Shown here in pieces: positions 48,433 through 57,111 of a stretch of DNA of 64,000 nt. How positions within the stretch are numbered: position 1 is the stretch's first letter; each line of letters starts with the position of its first letter. The position numbers were made by a program, and so were the translations under genes. The stretch spans positions 928,001-992,000 of the forward strand of contig CAWBWI010000003.1 in the NCBI GenBank assembly GCA_963792585.1, read 5' to 3'. This stretch comes from Candidatus Eiseniibacteriota bacterium. GTDB lineage: Bacteria; Eisenbacteria; RBG-16-71-46; CAIMUX01; VGJL01. Below the pieces are notes generated by a model that worked only from the letters and a program-made list of their open reading frames with translations, did no database searches and was not told the origin of the DNA.

Positions 48433-49914
48433 CTATAGGAGGATCATTCTACGCGTCTGGCTCACCTCCGCGGCGCCCAGTCTATAGAAGTAGCACCCCG
48501 CCGGGACACGGCGGCCTCTCTCGTCGAGGCGATCCCACTGCGCATCGAAGAATCCGGGCGCGCGTTCCGCATCGACCACTGTCCGTAGCAAGCGTCCCTG
48601 CGCGTCGAAGATGCGCAGTTGGACCTGCGACGGCCGCCCAATCGAATAGACGATCCGGGTCGAGGAGATCACCGGATTCGGGTAGTTACCGTACAGGGCC
48701 GTAATCCGAGGGGAGGTCTCGCTCGCGACACCCGAAGGGCCAAGGATCTCGCGAAGCGCTGTGATGAACGCCTGCATGTCCTCCATGGTCCCCGTGGAGA
48801 CGCGCAGGTGCTGCGACATTCCCCACCCGGTGCGCACATTGATGCCCCTGGCCGCCAGTTCCGCCGCCACTGGGCCTGCGCTTCTGCCGACGTTCACCAT
48901 GAAGAAGTTCGTCTCCGAAGGGATGTAGGTCAGACCCATGGAGCCGAACTCGGCGAAGCAGTAAGCCTTGGCCTGATCGTTGAGGGACACGGTGTCGCTG
49001 ATGTGCAGGCTGTCGTTGAGGGCCGCCCTGGATGCGTCCAGCGCCGGCCGGGAAACGGTTCCCCAGGTCTGCCATGCGCCGGCGGCGGCCATCCGATTCG
49101 CGGGGCCGACGGCATATCCGACCCGCACCCCCGCCAGGCCGAAGATCTTGGAGAAGGTGCGGATGACGACGACGTCCTTCCCCTGGCGCACGAGTTCGAC
49201 GGCCGAGGTGTAATTGGGATCGTGCACGTACTCGTGATAGGCCTCGTCGATGACCGTCACGACCCCCGACGGGAGGGAGTTCACGAAGGAGGCGACAGCG
49301 GACGCGGACAGAGCGGTCGCGGTGGGATTGTTGGGGTTCGTGAGGCCCACCGCGAAGGTGCCGCCGTCGACCTGCGAGGCCATGGCGTTCAGGTTGATGC
49401 GATGATTCGCGTCCAGCGGCACATAGCGGACGCTCGCGCCCATGAATGCGCAATCGGTGTCGAACTGCCCGTAGGAAGGGACCGGATAGATGACGTTTCC
49501 TCCCGGCTCGGCGAATCCCAGCGCGCAGAGGTGCAGCATCTCCGTGCCCCCGCAGCCGGCCAGTATTTGAGCGGTGCCCACCTGGTGAATGCCGGCCAGA
49601 TCCTGACGGAGGGACTCGGCGTACCAGTCGGAATATCGGTGCCCGAGATCCAGGCCTTCGCTCATGGCCGCCCGGGCCAGAGGCGAAGGTCCTAGAGGGT
49701 TCTCGTTGTAGCAGAGGCGGCCGATGTAGTCGCGCCACAGATCGACTGCGGCGGGCCCTGCGGGCGACGTTTGGGTGAGGAGCTGCGTTGCCCCCGACGC
49801 CGGTGCAAGGGGCAATTCGCTCAGTGCGAGGGCCGCGGTCCCCGCGGCCAGGCCGAAGAAGTTGCGGCGAGAGATACCGTGCGGTTCTCCAGAGGGGGGA
49901 GGGAACGCGTTCAT
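48433..49914 (-). CDS. Tat-signal HisC-like PLP aminotransferase fused to a FlgD-Ig/T9SS-like C-terminal domain
   Basis: AAAGGAG SD; SRRNFF Tat motif; NENP, NPNNPT, DEAY, RTFSKIFGLAGVRVGY; tail NYPNP...IFDAQGR...PAGCYFYRL. Confidence 0.88.
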   Translation of the reverse strand: MNAFPPPSGEPHGISRRNFFGLAAGTAALALSELPLAPASGATQLLTQTSPAGPAAVDLWRDYIGRLCYNENPLGPSPLARAAMSEGLDLGHRYSDWYAESLRQDLAGIHQVGTAQILAGCGGTEMLHLCALGFAEPGGNVIYPVPSYGQFDTDCAFMGASVRYVPLDANHRINLNAMASQVDGGTFAVGLTNPNNPTATALSASAVASFVNSLPSGVVTVIDEAYHEYVHDPNYTSAVELVRQGKDVVVIRTFSKIFGLAGVRVGYAVGPANRMAAAGAWQTWGTVSRPALDASRAALNDSLHISDTVSLNDQAKAYCFAEFGSMGLTYIPSETNFFMVNVGRSAGPVAAELAARGINVRTGWGMSQHLRVSTGTMEDMQAFITALREILGPSGVASETSPRITALYGNYPNPVISSTRIVYSIGRPSQVQLRIFDAQGRLLRTVVDAERAPGFFDAQWDRLDERGRRVPAGCYFYRLGAAEVSQTRRMILL

Positions 49915-50074
49915 GGTGGCTCCTTTCGGCTATGAGCCCCTCGGCATCGTTTCAGCTCCGGCCCGTGCGCGGCTTCGCTCCGGCCGCATCCCAACCGGAG
50001 CGGACGCTGAACCATGATATACCTTGCCGCGGCGGTCGGAGAGCAGGGAGATCGGGAGTGTCATCCGGCCAAGG

Positions 50075-51085
50075 TCAAGCGCTCCCGCGCTTTCCCTTCC
50101 GCCACGCGCCGGGTGACAGGCCCGCGACCCGCTTGAAGGCCCTCGAGAAGGCGGCTTCGCTCTCGTAACCGACCTCGATCGCCACCTCGACCAGCTTCGC
50201 ATTCGTGTCGCGCAGCAGCCCCGACGCCAGCTGCATGCGCCACTGGGCCAGATACTGCATCGGCGGCTGACCGATGAAGTGCACGAAGCGCTCGTGAAGC
50301 GACGATCGCGAGAGCCCCGCCTCCTCGCCCAGACGCTCGAGCGTCCAGGCCTCGGCGGGCCGCTCGTGAAGGATCGAGAGCGCGCGTCCTACGGCGGGAT
50401 CCCGCATCCCTGCGAGCCACCCCGTCTGCTCCGGCGGCAGGGAGTCGACGTAGCGGCGCAGGATCTCGACGAAGAGCATCTCACTCATCCGCTCGAGTAC
50501 CGCCTCGCCGCCGGGCCGCCGCGCGTTCGACTCGACGACGACGGCCCGCAGAAACGTCGTGACCCACGAGTCCGCTCCCAGTGCGCTCCCTGGAACCCGC
50601 AGGACGCGCGGGAGCGCCGCGAGCAGCGGATTGAAGGGCCGCGCATCGAGTCCTAGAAAGCCGCAAACGACCGTCGTCCGGTCGCGGCCGCCGCCTTCCA
50701 GGCGGGCAGTCGTCACCTCCGCCCCTTCCATGCTCAGCGCGTAAGGCAACTGGGGTGGACGCGGCGAAAAGAAGATCTTCGTATCGACGGTCGGCGCGCG
50801 CATTCCCGGCGCGCTCGACATCACGTGCGCGTCACCCTGTGGGAACAGGATGATGTCGCCCGCCTCCAGGCGATTCGGCGATTCCCCGGCGATCGCGCCC
50901 CAGCAGGAACCCTTGACGATCCCGTGGAACTCGATCATGTGCTCCGCGCCCGGCATGATGGCGGGGATGATCTCGCGCGCCTGGGGAGCTTCCGCCACCC
51001 ACGGTGGGGCGCCGTCGAGGTAATAGAAGACCGCACCATGAAGCCGCACGGCGCGGAGCAGATCGGAAAGAGTGTCTCCGCTCAT
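50075..51085 (-). CDS. AraC family regulator with N-terminal cupin domain
   Basis: DTLSDLLRAVRL; WTLERL..AGLSRS; VGYESEAAFSRAFKR. Confidence 0.92.
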   Translation of the reverse strand: MSGDTLSDLLRAVRLHGAVFYYLDGAPPWVAEAPQAREIIPAIMPGAEHMIEFHGIVKGSCWGAIAGESPNRLEAGDIILFPQGDAHVMSSAPGMRAPTVDTKIFFSPRPPQLPYALSMEGAEVTTARLEGGGRDRTTVVCGFLGLDARPFNPLLAALPRVLRVPGSALGADSWVTTFLRAVVVESNARRPGGEAVLERMSEMLFVEILRRYVDSLPPEQTGWLAGMRDPAVGRALSILHERPAEAWTLERLGEEAGLSRSSLHERFVHFIGQPPMQYLAQWRMQLASGLLRDTNAKLVEVAIEVGYESEAAFSRAFKRVAGLSPGAWRKGKRGSA

Positions 51086-51126
51086 CGTTCCCCCTGGTCG
51101 GCCGGTGAATCTCGGCGGCGCGTGGC

Positions 51127-51211
51127 GGACGTTCGGCAATGGCCGGCGGACGACCGGTCATGGCGGCGGCGAAATCCGGACGCTCGATCAAGTTTTCCCG
51201 ACGCGCGGTCA
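51127..51211 (+). promoter_or_regulatory. AraC-type direct-repeat binding sites (two pairs, 21-bp period)
   Basis: GGACGTTCGGCAA 51127, GGACGACCGGTCA 51148, GGACGCTCGATCA 51178, CGACGCGCGGTCA 51199. Confidence 0.65.
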
Positions 51212-51315
51212 GACGTCAACGCCGCAACATCGGCATGCTTCTCCTGTGACCGCGGCCCCCCTCGGTGGGTCGTGAGATTCCCAAAACCCTTGATGAGACA
51301 GGATGGAATCAAAGC

Positions 51316-52183
51316 ATGAATACCAAGACCCTCGACAATACAACGGTCCGCCCGCCCGCGCACCTCTCGAACCGGCCGGTGAATCCCGATCTGGAAGCGA
51401 TCAAGGCCCGCCAGCAGGCGACGTGGGCCTCCGGCGACTTCGGCCAGATCGGCGTGCGGCTCCAGATGGTCGGCGAATCGCTCTGCGAAGCGGTCGATCT
51501 CCTCGCTTTCGAGCGGGTGCTCGACGTTGCGGCCGGCAACGGCAACGCCTCGCTCGCGGCGGCGCGTCGATTCGCCGATGTCGTCTCGACCGACTATGTG
51601 CCCGATCTCCTCGAGCAGGCGCGGCGACGCGCCGAGGCCGATCGGCTTCCCATCACCTTCCAGATCGCCGACGCGGAGAACCTTCCCTTCGCCGACGAAC
51701 ACTTCGACGTGGTCCTCTCGACCTACGGGGTCATGTTCGCGCCGAATCAGGAGCGCGCGGCGGCCGAGCTCCTGCGTATCGTCAGGCAGGGTGGGCGAAT
51801 CGGACTCGCAAACTGGACGCCCGAGGGCTTCATCGGGCAGCTCTTCAAGGTCGTGGCCTCGTTCGTGCCGCCGCCGGCAGGGCTGCGTTCGCCGATGGAG
51901 TGGGGGACGGAGACCCGACTGGTCGAGCTTTTCGGACCCCACGCCTCCGATATCCGCACGGAGCGGAAGAACTATCCGTTCCGATACGGCTCGGCCGAGC
52001 ACTTCATCGACTTCTTCCGGAGCTTACTACGGACCGACGCACAAGGCGTTCGCCGCTCTCGACGAGGCGGGGCAGAAGGCGTTCCACGCCGCGCTGCTCG
52101 ACTTCCTGCACGACCAGAATCGGTGCAAGGGCGCCGCGCTCGTCATTCCCGGTGAGTACCTGGAGGTCGTGGTGACGAAATAG
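51316..52183 (+). pseudogene. Class I SAM methyltransferase with one +1 frameshift near 52024 (pseudogene or sequence error)
   Basis: VLDVAAGNGN, DAENLPF, YGVMFAP; ...FFRS then YYGPTHKAF...EYLEVVVTK* continues in another frame. Confidence 0.8.
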
Positions 52184-52188
52184 CATGG

Positions 52189-52226
52189 GCAGTGCGGAGA
52201 GGGAGCCCGGGCTCCCTCTCCACTGC
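52189..52226. terminator. Long hairpin between convergent genes
   Basis: GCAGT..GGAGAGGGAGCC-CG-GGCTCCCTCTCC-ACTGC. Confidence 0.6.
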
Positions 52227-52243
52227 GGAATCGCGGCCCCTTC

Positions 52244-54451
52244 CTACCGAATGACGACGACCGAGCGGGTAGCGTCCATCCCCGGCCCGCGCAGCCGCAC
52301 AAAGTAGGTCCCCGCCGCCACGGGTCGGTTCATGCCGTCGCGCCCGTCCCAGGTAAGCGACCGCCGACCGCTTTCCGAGATCTCCCCGTCGCCGAGGGTG
52401 CGGATCCTGCGCCCGGCCACGTCGAGCACCTCGACCGACGATGAGCCTCGAGTCGACTGCTGGAACTCGAGCCGCACCGGGCACCGGGTCGGATTCGGTT
52501 CGATCGTGAACAAGCGGGACGCCGCTTCTTCTCCTGGGACCGAGGCCGTCAAGCGGTGCAGCGGCACGACCTGAATCCCTTCCCTCTCGTCCGCGATGAA
52601 GATGGACTCGGGACCGACATCCATTCCGTAGACCTGACCCGCAGTATCCACCTCGCCGATCAGCTGTGGGTTCGAGGGATCGGGTCCGAGGTCCCATAGC
52701 TGCATGCCGAGATCGAGCCGAGCCGTATAGAGGATCGACCCTATGACGGCGCAATCGAGGGTCACGAAATTCGGATGCACGCTCGCGACCACCGGATGGT
52801 CCGGGTCGGCGACATCCGCGACCCACATGCCGGAATACCCGTCCGCGATGTATGCATACTGCCCGCTGACCGCCACGCCGCCTGCATATCCCCAGGATTG
52901 GAGGGGTGACGACAAGGTGCCCCGCCCCACGGGATGCGCCGGGTCGCTGACGTCCACGATGGCCAACTCGTGCCAGGAGCCTCCCAGGTAGACGAAGGGC
53001 CAGGCGACGTCCACCCCACGCGCCTCGCCGATCGAGCCCGGGTAGGTCGAGAGGACGACCGGATGGGCCGTGTCCGTCGCATCGACGACGACGAGATTCA
53101 CGCTGCCGTTCGCGATGAAGACGTAGTTGCCGGAAACCGCGAGATCGTACTCGTACTCGCCCGGCATCGCCGTGTGTGACAGGTAGTGCGGCTGGTCGGG
53201 GAGCGTGACATCGACAAGGTGAAGCCCGGTGGTCCCGAGGACGTAGGCGAGATTCCCCACGAGCACCAGATCGTACGCGTCTCCGGCCTCCGGAACTTGC
53301 GCGACGATCCCGCCCCCGACCAGGTCGATCACCGAGAGGCCCTCGCCACGATCCGCCACGAGCGCATAGTGATCAACGAGCGCAACATCCTCCGCGAAGT
53401 CCCCGGTCGGGTACCGGTCCAGGATCGGGACCCCTCGCGGATGCGAGACGTCGACGATGTTGAGGCCCCAGATGTCGTCGGCCACATAGGCGATGCCGTC
53501 CTCCACCGCGACATCCGTGACGTCCCAGAAGCCTCCGGCCGTATGTCCGACCACCGTCGGGAGAGCGGGATCGCTCACGTCGATCGTCTCGAGGCTCATG
53601 TTCGTCCAGAAGCCCGCGGTGCAGGCATACACATACGGATAGGCGGCGTCGATCGCGCGCGCGATCGGATACTGGAGGGAATGAGAGGAAACCTCCGTAG
53701 GGTTCGCGGGGTCGGAAACGTCGTAGATCGCAAGCTGGCTCAGGTTCTGGTTCGCCTGGCGGATCGCATAGAGCATGCCTCCCTCGAAAGTCAGGCCGCG
53801 AATCCCGGATCCGCCGATCCGGGAAATCTGGACGACATGCGTCGGATCGCTCGCATCAAGAATGTACAAGTATGGTGGAGCCGCCAGGAAGACGGTCGTG
53901 CCGGAGACCTCGACCGCAGTTCCGGCGCTCGCCCCGAAGGCGCCCACGGCGGTTCCTTGCCCGATGACGGAGCCGACGTCGATCACCCTCAGGCCACCGG
54001 CATCCGCGACGTAGGCGTACCCGCCCTCCACGGCGACATCATTGGCGTTGCCCGACACCGCCACGCGGTCCGTGATGGTAGGGCTGGCCGGAACGACAAT
54101 GCGGACGATATCGAGACCGCGGGATCCGACGGCGACGTAGGCATAGAAGCCCGAGACCGCGATGGCCGTCGCCTGTTCGGAGAGGGTGACATGTCCAACC
54201 GTCCAGGGCGCCGTGGGGACGCCGGTGTTGATCACCCAAAACTGGTGGCCGGCCACGAACGCCCGGCCCCCGAGGGTGGCGACGGCAGTCGCTTCATCGC
54301 CTCCATCGTCCACGAAGTGGTTGGCGACGATTCCCTTCAGGAAGTCGCCGTAATCGATCGACTCCGCCCGCGCGATCGAGGGTGGGGTCGCGATCATCCA
54401 GAGCAGAGAGAGGGGGGCGAGGGCGCGCACGAAAGTGCTTCCAACACGCAT
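52244..54451 (-). CDS. Secreted LVIVD-repeat protein with C-terminal FlgD-Ig/T9SS-like domain
   Basis: GGAGGT SD; signal peptide ending ARA; LVIVD-like repeats; WDGRD..RPVAAGTYFVRL. Confidence 0.9.
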   Translation of the reverse strand: MRVGSTFVRALAPLSLLWMIATPPSIARAESIDYGDFLKGIVANHFVDDGGDEATAVATLGGRAFVAGHQFWVINTGVPTAPWTVGHVTLSEQATAIAVSGFYAYVAVGSRGLDIVRIVVPASPTITDRVAVSGNANDVAVEGGYAYVADAGGLRVIDVGSVIGQGTAVGAFGASAGTAVEVSGTTVFLAAPPYLYILDASDPTHVVQISRIGGSGIRGLTFEGGMLYAIRQANQNLSQLAIYDVSDPANPTEVSSHSLQYPIARAIDAAYPYVYACTAGFWTNMSLETIDVSDPALPTVVGHTAGGFWDVTDVAVEDGIAYVADDIWGLNIVDVSHPRGVPILDRYPTGDFAEDVALVDHYALVADRGEGLSVIDLVGGGIVAQVPEAGDAYDLVLVGNLAYVLGTTGLHLVDVTLPDQPHYLSHTAMPGEYEYDLAVSGNYVFIANGSVNLVVVDATDTAHPVVLSTYPGSIGEARGVDVAWPFVYLGGSWHELAIVDVSDPAHPVGRGTLSSPLQSWGYAGGVAVSGQYAYIADGYSGMWVADVADPDHPVVASVHPNFVTLDCAVIGSILYTARLDLGMQLWDLGPDPSNPQLIGEVDTAGQVYGMDVGPESIFIADEREGIQVVPLHRLTASVPGEEAASRLFTIEPNPTRCPVRLEFQQSTRGSSSVEVLDVAGRRIRTLGDGEISESGRRSLTWDGRDGMNRPVAAGTYFVRLRGPGMDATRSVVVIR

Positions 54452-54781
54452 GATTCACCTCCGGAAGCGGTCCGGTTCCATGGAGCTTTGGCGCGCGACC
54501 AGTCTACCGGCGAACGGATCTCGATACAAGCCGCGGCCACGACCGCAGCCGCCGCGTCCGCCGCGGGTGATGCGTCAGGTTTTGTGTCAGGCGACGAGAA
54601 GGAGCCGGTCTCCAGCGGTCCTGAGCGGATCGCAGGAACGTGTTACCCCAGGTCGCCGTTCGCGACGGTCGAGAGGGTGCGTCTCGCGGGCCGGGTGACC
54701 AAGGGGCGGATGAACCGATACATCGGCGAGACTCTGCCGATCCGGGGATGCAGAGCGGACCACTCAAGGGCCTCAAACGGG

Positions 54782-56317
54782 CTATGCCGCTCGAACCCCC
54801 TGCGCCTGCCTGCGCACCATCGTGTCGCGAATCACCTCGAGCGTCCGCACGCAAGCGGGCATCCACTCACCGGCGCGCTCCTGGGCGCACACGGTGACAT
54901 TCGGATACCAGTGCGCCCAGCGCCAGTCCCAGTCGGGGCTGGCGAGAATACAGGTGGGGACGCCCATCGCCGCCGACAGGTTCGGTATCGCGGTCTCCGT
55001 GGAGACGACGAGGTCGAGGTCACGGATCACGCGCGCGGTATCGAGGAAGTCGCTCGCCTCGCGTAGGGGCCGCGGCAGCCCGACCGCCTCAGCTTCCTCC
55101 TCGAGGTGCCCCTTGTGAAGGGAGACCCATTCGACACCGGCGGCCTGCAGCAGGATCGAGAAGGACGACAGGTGCGTGGAGCGCACTGCGTCGAACGCGA
55201 ACTTGGGGTTGCCCGCCCAGTTGAGGCCGACACGCAGCGACGCGTCGCGCCCGTTTTCGGCGCCGTCCAGCGGTGACGAATCGGCTGGAGCGGACTCCGG
55301 CAACCGGATCCACGGCGCGCGCGGGATCCGCTCTACGGAATCGACGCCGAGCAACCACGGCAGGCTCATCGTCGCGCACCAGTGTCCGTAGCGAATGCCC
55401 TCGAGCGTGGTGACAACCTCGATTTCGGGGAACACCGCTTCGAGAAGCCGTGCCAGCGGGGGCTGCACGAACGCGACCACGTGCGCGAACCGTTCCCTCA
55501 GCGCGGGCCAGAACCGACACATGAGAAGCGTGTCGCCCATTCCCTGCTCGTGCACGACCAGAAGGGTCTGCTTCGGGTGCGCCTTGCCGGTCCACTCCGG
55601 TTTCGACAACCCGCGGCCGACGCCCAGCAGCGATTTGCGCATCTCCAGGAGCGGCAAGCCTTCGGCAATCGCCCCCTCCAGCATCAGCGCGTAGCCCAGA
55701 TTGAAGCGCGCCCGGGGGTCGGATCCGGCGGAGCGAAAAGCTTCCTTCGCCTCCTCCAGCCTGCGCTGTGCCTTGAGCGCGAGTCCCAGGTTCAACCAAG
55801 CCGCGGTGTGGCCCGGTGCGATGCGGAGTGCCGATCGCGACCACTTTTCCGCGGAAGCCCAATCGCCGGCGCGGTGGAGGGCGGAGGCCATGTTCACCAT
55901 GGCGTCCAGGTTCGGCATTTCCATCGTGGCGGCCTCGGAGAAGTAGGCCATCGCCGTCTCGAGATCTCCGCGCTCCATCGCCGCAAGGCCCAAGAGAAGG
56001 ACCGGCCGCGCCCGATCGGGACCGCAGCGCTTCGCCAGCATGGCCTCGCGTTCGGCGCCGTCGAGATCCCCTCGTTTCAGGAGCGTCGCCGAGAGGGCCT
56101 CGAGCAGCTCGGGTCGCATGGGCGCGAGACCTACGGCCCGCTCGAACAGCTCGATCGCCTCGTTGACGTGGCCGCCATCGCGCCGCAGGCACCCGAGCAG
56201 GTAGATCAACTCGGCATGGTCGGGATTCATTGACAACAGAGCGCGGGCGTCACGCTCGGCCCTGCGATGATCGCCGGTGCGGTACAGCGACCGCACGGAT
56301 TCAATGGACGGCTTCAT
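54782..56317 (-). CDS. TPR-repeat protein with a GT9-like glycosyltransferase domain
   Basis: N-terminal TPRs; W.GK...LLVVHEQGMGD; VGLNWAGNP; DTARVIRDLDLVVS.ETA; DWRW. Confidence 0.85.
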   Translation of the reverse strand: MKPSIESVRSLYRTGDHRRAERDARALLSMNPDHAELIYLLGCLRRDGGHVNEAIELFERAVGLAPMRPELLEALSATLLKRGDLDGAEREAMLAKRCGPDRARPVLLLGLAAMERGDLETAMAYFSEAATMEMPNLDAMVNMASALHRAGDWASAEKWSRSALRIAPGHTAAWLNLGLALKAQRRLEEAKEAFRSAGSDPRARFNLGYALMLEGAIAEGLPLLEMRKSLLGVGRGLSKPEWTGKAHPKQTLLVVHEQGMGDTLLMCRFWPALRERFAHVVAFVQPPLARLLEAVFPEIEVVTTLEGIRYGHWCATMSLPWLLGVDSVERIPRAPWIRLPESAPADSSPLDGAENGRDASLRVGLNWAGNPKFAFDAVRSTHLSSFSILLQAAGVEWVSLHKGHLEEEAEAVGLPRPLREASDFLDTARVIRDLDLVVSTETAIPNLSAAMGVPTCILASPDWDWRWAHWYPNVTVCAQERAGEWMPACVRTLEVIRDTMVRRQAQGVRAA

Positions 56318-57110
56318 GCAACCCATCCTGGAGTTCGAGAACACGGAGATAGCAGTCGAGCCGGTTGCGTTCGAGCCGGGCGAGCAACGGGTTCAAGTGG
56401 TACGGCCCCAGCAAACCAGCGAGTTCCTTGGACCATGGCGCGTCCCGTTCGAATAGGACACCCAGACCGAAGACCGCCGGGATGTGCGCCCACAGGAGCC
56501 GCTCCTCCTTGCCGATGACGAAGTCCTCGATCGCGGTCAGCACCCCGTTCTTTGGTCCGCCTTCGCGCAGCGCGCACGCCCACCGGCCTTCGCCGCGAAA
56601 TCCACCCAAGACGGCCTCCGGCACATCCAGGGTGACGCCACGGTCGAAGGCGTGGGGGTGCCGGAAGCTCGGCGGGATCCGGTCCGGGGCGTAGTAGAGA
56701 TCGCGTCGTCCCCAGGGCCAGCCCACGTCGTGATAGAAGACCAGGAAATCGCCATCCTTCTCCCGGACCCGCTCCCAAATGGCCTGCGATTCGTGGTAGA
56801 CGGTCCACCAGTTATGGTCCCCGTCGATGATCCAGGCGTCGGCGTTCAGCGACGAGATCGAGGCGATGGAGGTGTCGCGCACCAGGCGCGCGTGGCTTGC
56901 CGAGGCGAAGAGGGCCTCCACGTCCGGGTCCGGCGATGGATCGATGCTGACGAAGCTTCCGCCGGTTTGCTGCGTGTGGTCGAGCAACAGTCGCGTCATC
57001 GTCCCCGCCTCCGCGCCGACCTCGACAACATGGCGCGCCCCGGCGATGGACAAGGCGGGGAGAATCAGATCGGAGAACTCCGCCATCGAGTGAATGAGCA
57101 GGTTCGACAT
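56301..57110 (-). CDS. Class I SAM methyltransferase (Methyltransf_24-like)
   Basis: VVEVGA..G, SIDP, IIDGDHN, FYHDVGWP; true start ATG 57110. Confidence 0.85.
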   Translation of the reverse strand: MSNLLIHSMAEFSDLILPALSIAGARHVVEVGAEAGTMTRLLLDHTQQTGGSFVSIDPSPDPDVEALFASASHARLVRDTSIASISSLNADAWIIDGDHNWWTVYHESQAIWERVREKDGDFLVFYHDVGWPWGRRDLYYAPDRIPPSFRHPHAFDRGVTLDVPEAVLGGFRGEGRWACALREGGPKNGVLTAIEDFVIGKEERLLWAHIPAVFGLGVLFERDAPWSKELAGLLGPYHLNPLLARLERNRLDCYLRVLELQDGLHEAVH

Positions 57111-57111
57111 T

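Noticed and set aside
54452..54781. GTCAGG direct repeat and a 120-aa ORF in the gap, as an att site or small gene
   Set aside because: The repeat is too short, no integrase or tRNA is nearby, and the ORF lacks an SD and motifs
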